A stretch of 64,000 bases of DNA from the IMG/VR virus record IMGVR_UViG_3300038548_000322; one strand, 5' to 3'. This stretch comes from an uncultured virus (IMG/VR IMGVR_UViG_3300038548_000322) (lineage: Duplodnaviria > Heunggongvirae > Uroviricota > Caudoviricetes). Below the pieces are notes generated by a model that saw nothing but the letters and a program-made list of their open reading frames with translations, was not told the origin of the DNA and did not search any database. Shown in pieces: positions 57,502 to 64,000 of this stretch; the first letter of the stretch is position 1; every line of letters starts with the position of its first letter. A program made the position numbers and the translations under genes.

Positions 57502-57708
57502 TTAACCAACAACCATTTCTGGCTCGTGTTCACCGTGACATTTCAATTTCGGGTCCGTGGGATCGTGACGCATGTAAATGCCGTCCTGATTTACCTGACC
57601 GCAAAAACAACAGGTCTCGACCGATGCATCTATCATCGCAGTAGGCGTCCGATGTGGACACCGACCTTGCCAGCACTTGGAACAAATATTATGCGACCAG
57701 CTGCTCAT
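57502..57708 (-). CDS. small zinc-binding protein
   Basis: CSKCW...CCFCG. Confidence 0.55.
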   Translation of the reverse strand: MSSWSHNICSKCWQGRCPHRTPTAMIDASVETCCFCGQVNQDGIYMRHDPTDPKLKCHGEHEPEMVVG

Positions 57709-57926
57709 AGCGGACTTGGTGCCTGATTTCTTTTTTCGATCAGTACAAGTTGCGACGGAGGGATCCAATACTGCCCCTGATTCTCCCGGCACAAGACATG
57801 TTCATTGGTGACCCAGAAACCATCTTTCAAGTCGTCGATGGACCAATGTTCGTGATCGGGCGTCGGTTGCTTGCGCGGTGCGCCTGCGACCATGAACGTG
57901 ACAAAAAAGGGACCTTCAATTGACAT
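57705..57926 (-). CDS. hypothetical protein
   Basis: Start MSIEGPF; GGAGG RBS. Confidence 0.55.
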   Translation of the reverse strand: MSIEGPFFVTFMVAGAPRKQPTPDHEHWSIDDLKDGFWVTNEHVLCRENQGQYWIPPSQLVLIEKRNQAPSPL

Positions 57927-58311
57927 ACATTTCCTCCCGTGAAATTCCTTCGACGTGCAGGAATTCGGTCGTAGGATCCCACCACGTTTTGTATGCAACC
58001 GGATGCGCTTCCGATCTGAGCGAGATACCTTTTTCGAACGCGCGATTCAAAACATTCGCGGTTACCTGCTCTCTCGTTTGCATCATACTGCGCGCCAGTG
58101 CACGTGAACGACTCTCAGCGATCTCGATGCACATTTGTTCGAGGCTTTGCTCGCTCAGATCGGCAGGGCAGAGCGCAGCGTTTTCTAACGCTTCTCTCGG
58201 GATCACGTAGTGCGCAGTGCCGTACGTCTTGTGAGTGTACTTTTCCGTCCCCGGCAGAGTAGCCGCAATGACAGCCGCGACCGTGCCCTTCAAAAATTTA
58301 CGTCTGTCCAT
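57916..58311 (-). CDS. Tat-signal protein made of rearranged major-capsid-protein-like segments
   Basis: DRRKFLK signal; LARSMMQTREQVTANVLNRAF and LSEQSLEQMCIEI match MCP segments. Confidence 0.75.
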   Translation of the reverse strand: MDRRKFLKGTVAAVIAATLPGTEKYTHKTYGTAHYVIPREALENAALCPADLSEQSLEQMCIEIAESRSRALARSMMQTREQVTANVLNRAFEKGISLRSEAHPVAYKTWWDPTTEFLHVEGISREEMYVN

Positions 58312-58597
58312 TGAACATCTCGTCCGGGAAACGACCCCGATTACCTTTCTTCTTTTTTGCCTTCGGCATCGCGCTGGTATTGCAGCGTACGTGGATCATG
58401 TTGAGGATCCACGCACGCCAGTCGTGACTATCACCTTGCCCCGGAAATTTGGGTCTACCGAGATCAGGCGAGTGTCCATAGCGAGTGCCGACGTCCTGTA
58501 GCTCCTCACGCATGAATTTCGCGATCATTTGCCGGTTCACACCTTCCCCGTTCGCCCACTGGATGATGTCGTCTGGAATTTCCACGGTAAACTTCAT
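58298..58597 (-). CDS. hypothetical protein
   Basis: 99-aa ORF. Confidence 0.55.
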   Translation of the reverse strand: MKFTVEIPDDIIQWANGEGVNRQMIAKFMREELQDVGTRYGHSPDLGRPKFPGQGDSHDWRAWILNMIHVRCNTSAMPKAKKKKGNRGRFPDEMFNGQT

Positions 58598-58610
58598 GTG
58601 GAGAAGCTTA

Positions 58611-58970
58611 CTACAGATAGGCCAGTACTTTCTCCGTAACGCACCTCTGAGAGAGCGTTTTCGGCTCTTTTTTCGCGATTAGCTCTTTGCGGAAGTCAGC
58701 AACATTGACGGTGCCAATACCTTTGCGTTTTTCGAGTTTTTCGAAGATTTCCAGAGCCTTCGCAAGCTTCGAATTTTTATTCGGCGTTTTACCGGTCATC
58801 GTGAGCATCGAATTCGCGCGAGAGTGCATTTTGCCATTTGACTTCTTCGGGTCATCCCAACCGGGCACATATTTCTCCGTACTCTCGACCATCACTTTGT
58901 GACCATGCAAAAGTCGCATCGTTGCCGCCAGCTTCGTGTCGGGCACTTCGATTGTCAGTTTGAAACTCAT
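58611..58970 (-). CDS. basic hypothetical protein
   Basis: 119 aa, Lys-rich. Confidence 0.6.
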   Translation of the reverse strand: MSFKLTIEVPDTKLAATMRLLHGHKVMVESTEKYVPGWDDPKKSNGKMHSRANSMLTMTGKTPNKNSKLAKALEIFEKLEKRKGIGTVNVADFRKELIAKKEPKTLSQRCVTEKVLAYL

Positions 58971-58971
58971 G

Positions 58972-59196
58972 TCATTCTTCCTCAGTGAAATATTCGTCGT
59001 ACAAGTTGTCGAACCCTTCGATCACTCGTCGAATCGTGCCCTGAGGAACTTTTGTGTAGTGGCTCAGAAGCACGACCAGAGTTTTCTCTGGGATGCCTGC
59101 TTTCCTCCAGCCCGCAAGTGTCTTGTTCAACACCGCTATCTGGGTTTCGAGTTTTTTAATGCGTTTTTCGGTCAGTGGATCAATCTTGCTGCTCAC
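58972..59196 (-). CDS. hypothetical protein
   Basis: 74 aa; GGAGG RBS. Confidence 0.6.
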   Translation of the reverse strand: MSSKIDPLTEKRIKKLETQIAVLNKTLAGWRKAGIPEKTLVVLLSHYTKVPQGTIRRVIEGFDNLYDEYFTEEE

Positions 59197-59590
59197 AAGT
59201 CGCCTCCAAAGTCATATTTGCCGACCATTCGAGAAAATCGCCGAATTCCATCTTGAAAAAACCGTGCTGATCCGGATGTTCGGTGATGTAGCACGCAAAC
59301 AGCTCATCGAGCGCCTGATGCAGCACTTTGTGCCGGAATGTTGTCGATGCGTGTTCGAGATCGATCTCACCGGACAGGTATGCCGCCTTTCCTTTGCAAT
59401 TTCGGTCGAAAAACCGCTTCAACTTCACCGAGTGATGCTCAATGTCTTTCAGGTAGGTCTTCGCCTCGGTCGATTTCATCAACTCCGCGATTTCCGGCGA
59501 GATGTTGATCATCAACGGGTAAAATTTGTACGTGTTCGGCAGCTTGCCCGACTTCTCTTCTGGCTCGTCGCAATCTCCGTAACTAATCAC
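59180..59590 (-). CDS. hypothetical protein
   Basis: Probable GTG start; coupled. Confidence 0.5.
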   Translation of the reverse strand: MISYGDCDEPEEKSGKLPNTYKFYPLMINISPEIAELMKSTEAKTYLKDIEHHSVKLKRFFDRNCKGKAAYLSGEIDLEHASTTFRHKVLHQALDELFACYITEHPDQHGFFKMEFGDFLEWSANMTLEATCEQQD

Positions 59591-59735
59591 CAAATTTCTC
59601 CGTCGCTGCAATCATAAATTCGTTGAGCCGACCGTAATCTTGCAACGCGCAGACTCCGATGTTCGGCATGAAGTCTTTGACCACTTCGTAGCCCTGTTTT
59701 GCCAGCTCGCGCATCTCTTCGAGTTCTTCATCCAT
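59583..59735 (-). CDS. hypothetical protein
   Basis: MDEELEE...DFMPNIGVCALQDYGRLNE. Confidence 0.55.
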   Translation of the reverse strand: MDEELEEMRELAKQGYEVVKDFMPNIGVCALQDYGRLNEFMIAATEKFGD

Positions 59736-59982
59736 GTTTGTCCACCCAGTGTTGTGCGGCAGCTTGCCGATTTCGGAATTTTCGCTCGCAAAGAGGCTCA
59801 GGGCACTCAATCGTTTTCGGATCCTTCGGTTTGTTGACGAGCGAAATATCGTTCGGGTCGTCACCACGTGATTTGCAACCGTCACAGGTGATTGGGTAGC
59901 CCGCAGGAGGATCAGTGAAAAGGTACTCACCACACACTTGGCACATCGTGCCGTCGAGCATCATGTCAGCAATTTCACCCAT
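59728..59982 (-). CDS. zinc-finger protein
   Basis: MGEIADMMLDG.MCQVCG...CDGC plus C2H2-like CPEPLC...HWVDKH. Confidence 0.65.
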   Translation of the reverse strand: MGEIADMMLDGTMCQVCGEYLFTDPPAGYPITCDGCKSRGDDPNDISLVNKPKDPKTIECPEPLCERKFRNRQAAAQHWVDKHG

Positions 59983-60362
59983 CAGAGCACCACGTCATTT
60001 TCGCGAAGCGGTTGCGTCCACTTCCAGCCCTCTTGGGTAGTCACGACGCGATCCCATTTATTGCAACGCATGTTCTGGGCAAGGATCTTTGTCTCGGGAC
60101 CTTGCGCCTCGACCTCTTCGAGCGTTTGCACTCGGCAATTGACGTAGTACATCGGCGAGGTGTCGATCACGTGCGGTTCCATATCGCGAAGGCCGCGCTT
60201 CTTGGTCGTAAACTGAAATCCGTACGGCTTGGCACCGTAGCGTTCCTCAATTTCGGGCAACAATTTGAGCGCTTTCTTGACGTCCCAGCTCGGGATGCAC
60301 TTGATGGTTGTTTCGGCAACGAAAGTGCCCGGTGAGAAGAAAGTGACGTAGCGCTTTTTCAT
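59982..60362 (-). CDS. hypothetical phage protein
   Basis: VTFFSPGTFVAE...ERYGAKPYGFQF. Confidence 0.65.
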   Translation of the reverse strand: MKKRYVTFFSPGTFVAETTIKCIPSWDVKKALKLLPEIEERYGAKPYGFQFTTKKRGLRDMEPHVIDTSPMYYVNCRVQTLEEVEAQGPETKILAQNMRCNKWDRVVTTQEGWKWTQPLRENDVVL

Positions 60363-60510
60363 CCCTCCACCCCATCTATCTCAGCACGCCACGTTGACGA
60401 ATTGAGATCGAGGAATGCAGTGCGCGAATCGTAGTTACCGATCAGCTTGTGACGGCACTCGCGGTGCGGGCAGTAAGCGGAGTTGCGATCAAAGTCGCAG
60501 GGATGACCTT

Positions 60511-61050
60511 TTACACACCAATCAGGGGCTTTGCTCTTTCCCATGCTTCGATATCCTTTGCGTAGAAGTCGAACAGCTCCGGGTAGCGCGGCAGATCTGA
60601 AATCACCGGCTTCGGAAACGTGGTCTTGTTGAGGTGAGGCAACTTCACATCTGCGAGATGCGTAGTGCCTTCGAGACGGAACAGCTGCAGGTGCTTCACA
60701 GCTTTGTGCTGGTCAATTTGCCGCCACGTGTGCGGAGAGCGCACGCCTTCGACATCATCGAGTGTGCCGTCGAGATATTCAGAGATCGGCGGCTGCACAA
60801 TTTCGTACAGCCCAGTCGTGTTATTCATCCGTTTTTCCTGTGCCAAGATCATGTGACTGGAGCGAAAACGCTCAATCGGATTTTTCAGCAACAACATGCA
60901 AATCTCTGGTGCCTCGGGTAACTCTTTGGCGTCGTTATCTTTCGCCAGTTGCGCAATCGAGGTACAACCCGCGCGCCAACAGTAGGTGAAATTAATCCCG
61001 TTCAACCGGAAGTACTTGACGACCGGCATGTTCGGAGGATGGAAGTGCAT
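60511..61050 (-). CDS. sulfotransferase family 2-like protein
   Basis: RAGCTS (5'-PSB-like), KNPIERFRS (3'-PB-like), H...Q, FRLE, LPHLN, FYAKD. Confidence 0.65.
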   Translation of the reverse strand: MHFHPPNMPVVKYFRLNGINFTYCWRAGCTSIAQLAKDNDAKELPEAPEICMLLLKNPIERFRSSHMILAQEKRMNNTTGLYEIVQPPISEYLDGTLDDVEGVRSPHTWRQIDQHKAVKHLQLFRLEGTTHLADVKLPHLNKTTFPKPVISDLPRYPELFDFYAKDIEAWERAKPLIGV

Positions 61051-61508
61051 TAGGTCTCTTCTTCTTCGACGTCATCTTTCTGCGCGTAAGGGGCGTGCGA
61101 GGTGCCGTACTGGTCAGCTTTCATGCCGGGGAGCGGTGTCATGACGCCCTTCTTCATCACAGCGTTGCGGAAGATCAAACCTACCATACTCTTGTGATCT
61201 TCGACGCGGGTCTCGGCGCACTCTTTCCGGATCTCTAACTCAGTGCATTTACCCTCCCGGTCCATTAGATCCTGTTCACGCCCAGCCCATTCCTCGGCAC
61301 ATTTGTTGGCTTCGCACAATTGCGTGTGCAGCCTATCGCGATCAGTGGAAAGATTTTCATGCGTCACTTTGAGGGTTTTCAGCTCTTCGTGAATTGCATT
61401 GCGTTCGGTAACGAGCGCATGAAATTGGTCAACCGCACCTTCGGTGAGTGCACCGTCAAGCGCTGCTTTCTGAATTAATTTTTCTAGGTTCTCGGTCAGG
61501 TCAGACAT
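61050..61508 (-). CDS. coiled-coil hypothetical protein
   Basis: 152 aa; coupled. Confidence 0.6.
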   Translation of the reverse strand: MSDLTENLEKLIQKAALDGALTEGAVDQFHALVTERNAIHEELKTLKVTHENLSTDRDRLHTQLCEANKCAEEWAGREQDLMDREGKCTELEIRKECAETRVEDHKSMVGLIFRNAVMKKGVMTPLPGMKADQYGTSHAPYAQKDDVEEEET

Positions 61509-61788
61509 TTATTTTCTCCGGGTAAGGGATTGGATGTTGTCCGTACGGGTAATCCGCGAGAGCATTCTGATCAGCGCAGCCTCCCCAGTGAAAGTTGAAG
61601 CGCTTGCACGTGCCGCAATACGCCTCGCTGTCATGCGAATGTTTCGCCACGTATTTTGCGAACGCGCCTTTGAGATCCCACAACGAATTGCAGGGCACGC
61701 ATATCCAGCCGTGCATGGTGACGCCACGCCAGAAGTAACAGGCGTCCCTGCGTACCAGTTTGGTATTGCACTTCGGGCAGTCACTCAT
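61501..61788 (-). CDS. Cys-rich hypothetical protein
   Basis: CPKC...CVPC...CGTC. Confidence 0.5.
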   Translation of the reverse strand: MSDCPKCNTKLVRRDACYFWRGVTMHGWICVPCNSLWDLKGAFAKYVAKHSHDSEAYCGTCKRFNFHWGGCADQNALADYPYGQHPIPYPEKINV

Positions 61789-62244
61789 CTTCTTCCGGGG
61801 GCAGCAGTCCACGATCAACCATCTGCTTTTCGAAATCCTTAATCCCACGCCAGCGACCGAGAAGGAAGCAGCCGAGACCGATGGCAAATAGCAGTACGGT
61901 GTACCAGTCAGACATAGCGAATTTTCTCCACCATAAACTTGCGCCGACACATCGGACAGCATTTAGGTGTGTGTTCTCTGGGCACGATGATGAGCAGCGT
62001 TGCTCTGCATTTGTCGCACCAAGCTGTGAGGTGTTTCATGGGGTGAGCCTTTGAGTCGGGCATCATCCTAACTCTTTTTGCCGGAGTGCTGCGTATTCCA
62101 GCAGCGCGCGTAGTTCGAGCCAGACACCTCCGTTAACGCGAATGCCGAGTTGTGGTTTCGCAAACTTGCGCCCTTGCCAGTCAGTGTCGTAGTAATCGAC
62201 TTCCCACGCATCGATCTCGGTCTTGGATGTGAAATTATTCAGCG

Positions 62245-62430
62245 TCATGTGCACTTCCGATAGACGACTTTGCCACATGTTTCGCACATGCGTCGTTGCG
62301 TCATGTAACCGTTGACAATTTCGTTAGTGACGTCGCCATCGAGCACTTCGCGGTGCGTCCACGTGCCAGTAAAAGGATCGGACCACTTCTGCCACTTGTG
62401 CCAGCAGAAAGTTCGGATGAATACGCTCAT
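62245..62430 (-). CDS. small Cys/His protein
   Basis: FCWHKW.KW...CETCG. Confidence 0.55.
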   Translation of the reverse strand: MSVFIRTFCWHKWQKWSDPFTGTWTHREVLDGDVTNEIVNGYMTQRRMCETCGKVVYRKCT

Positions 62431-62759
62431 TTTGTTAGCTCCAGTTTTGGCGTGCCTCTGCGGAAGAAGTGAAATGCCTGCTTCATGGTCATGATCGTCA
62501 GGACGTAATCCCAGCCTGCAGGGATGTCCTGCTGAGATCCAACCAGCAGAAATTGCGCCTCTTCATGATTGACGACCGTTCCTTCGGGGTGTGACCAGCA
62601 TTCAGCGAACAGAATGAAGTTGCCGTTTCCATCTACACAGATGTCGCGTACCGTCGCACCCGTTGGCAAGCTGACGGTAAGTTTGGTCGGCTCGCCGGGT
62701 GCTGCAATTCCATCAGGCTGCTCAAAGTTGAAGCCGAATACTCTACGTGTCTTTGCCAT
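62427..62759 (-). CDS. hypothetical protein
   Basis: 110 aa; coupled. Confidence 0.6.
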   Translation of the reverse strand: MAKTRRVFGFNFEQPDGIAAPGEPTKLTVSLPTGATVRDICVDGNGNFILFAECWSHPEGTVVNHEEAQFLLVGSQQDIPAGWDYVLTIMTMKQAFHFFRRGTPKLELTK

Positions 62760-62980
62760 CAGCGACGTCTCTTAAGGGGCGTTTTCTTGGCGTGATGTTT
62801 GGGGTTGTCGAGAATGAAATCCATCCGGGACGCCAGACGTTTGCATCGGCCCAGCCTGAACTCTTTATCGTGCCGATTCCTGCCGCGCCACGTGGTCAGG
62901 CCGGAATAGCAAGCCTTGCACACTTGCAAATGATGGTAGTGGACTGCCTCTTCACAGTCCGGAATTATGCAGTTACTCAT
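62759..62980 (-). CDS. small Cys-rich protein
   Basis: CIIPDC...CKACY. Confidence 0.55.
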   Translation of the reverse strand: MSNCIIPDCEEAVHYHHLQVCKACYSGLTTWRGRNRHDKEFRLGRCKRLASRMDFILDNPKHHAKKTPLKRRR

Positions 62981-63353
62981 TGGCTTTTAAAAACTCCTCT
63001 TCGTCTGCGAAACAGGATGCGATGGCAGCGGAATCTGCACGCGACCACCAACGACTTTCAAGTTCAGGATCCTCTTCAATCGCTCGTTCCCATGGGACGT
63101 TCGCGCCACCGTCTTTAAGGTATATGGCGAGAGCGCCAAAACAGTGCTGAGACGATCCGTCATCCTTGAAATGGTAGCCGTCCGATTCGCCATCCGGGCC
63201 TTCTCGGTGTTCGGAGTGCAGATGGCAAACAAAACCTTCACGGTACGCAATCTCTTCAATTTCTTCAGCACGCTCGCGACACTGGAACGTAATGCGTGTT
63301 GGGGTGTTGGCGAACGGGCAGTGTTCGCAGGGTCGTTTGAGATCGAAGCGCAC
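62973..63353 (-). CDS. Cys/His metal-binding phage protein
   Basis: PCEHCPF...FVCH...QHCFGA. Confidence 0.6.
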   Translation of the reverse strand: MRFDLKRPCEHCPFANTPTRITFQCRERAEEIEEIAYREGFVCHLHSEHREGPDGESDGYHFKDDGSSQHCFGALAIYLKDGGANVPWERAIEEDPELESRWWSRADSAAIASCFADEEEFLKANE

Positions 63354-63355
63354 AC

Positions 63356-63976
63356 TTACGTTTCCTTGGGTTGATTGCCAAGTTGGCGTATTGCCGTTTC
63401 CAGATTGCGCAGTCGATCAGGGATGGAAAGCAGCGCGTTCGCATCGGAGTCGGCAGTCGCACCGAGTGCTGCTTCTATTTTACGGATCCTGTCACCGTGA
63501 TGCTGAATCAAATTGTCTTCGATGACCGGCGTGAGGAATTTATCCAGCCTATCGATGCGCGTTTCCGAGTTCCTGACGTCTTGGGCAAAACCCTCGACCG
63601 CTTTTACCAGCGCACTCAGACGACCACTTAATTGCTTGAGTTCGCCCGTGATCAACTCTTTCATGAAGTCTTCGGGCGTGTTGCGCGGATCGGGGAACCC
63701 ACCAGTTGCAATCGATTCGGCGAGCTTTTTGCCTTTTTCGATCAGGCCGCGTGCTTCTCCCTCGGGAAGGGAGTCCATCAGCTCATTGTGCGGGTTCATG
63801 CCGGGATCACCGACCGCACCGTTGTTTTTGATGTCGGCGTAGGACCACGATTCGGCCCCACGGACATGTAAGTCGAATGAGATCTCCCCAGAGACGGGCA
63901 GTTCGGGATGCATGGTGGCGCGGAGGACTTTTTGGACAGCGTCGGATATGTCGCGTTTTTGTTGAATGGAAAACAT
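63356..63976 (-). CDS. hypothetical protein with C-terminal coiled coil
   Basis: MFSIQQKR...HPELP...ESWSYADI; AAGGA RBS. Confidence 0.65.
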   Translation of the reverse strand: MFSIQQKRDISDAVQKVLRATMHPELPVSGEISFDLHVRGAESWSYADIKNNGAVGDPGMNPHNELMDSLPEGEARGLIEKGKKLAESIATGGFPDPRNTPEDFMKELITGELKQLSGRLSALVKAVEGFAQDVRNSETRIDRLDKFLTPVIEDNLIQHHGDRIRKIEAALGATADSDANALLSIPDRLRNLETAIRQLGNQPKET

Positions 63977-64000
63977 TTCAGGGTTCCTTTATTACTTGGT

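Noticed and set aside
1..64000. Integrase, repressor, tRNA genes or terminal repeats
   Set aside because: None recognised by eye; the genome probably extends beyond the window, so lifestyle cannot be decided.

Overview
The whole window is tailed dsDNA phage genome, probably podovirus-like with a Gram-negative host. No host genes, integrase, rRNA, tRNA or CRISPR array were seen. Layout: (1) 1-7.9 kb, minus strand: small early-type genes, a UvrD-like helicase and a Prim-Pol/helicase, with a conserved family of sigma70-like promoters. (2) 8.0-17.6 kb, plus strand: replication/recombination genes (UDG-fused PolA, PD-(D/E)XK exonuclease, Sak4-like ATPase, DUF669-like SSB, SNF2 helicase, nuclease, MazG-like and HAD proteins). 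(3) 17.4-52.7 kb, minus strand: virion genes (TerL, portal, GroES, scaffold, Mu-gpT-like MCP, adaptor/nozzle, three fibres, lysis cassette, ejection proteins, displaced TerS). (4) 52.8-64 kb, minus strand: accessory genes (fourth fibre, secreted FN3-like protein, Tad2/DUF2829, two Tat-signal proteins, sulfotransferase-like protein). The best candidates for new biology are: a Tat-signal protein built from re-ordered major-capsid-protein segments near a Tad2-type gene (possible capsid decoy); a promoter- and terminator-bounded ~165-nt RNA with mutually exclusive pairings; a recurrent [YFM]-x-x-G-G motif in putative internal virion proteins; and a candidate -1 frameshift. All family assignments are from motif recognition by eye, not database searches.
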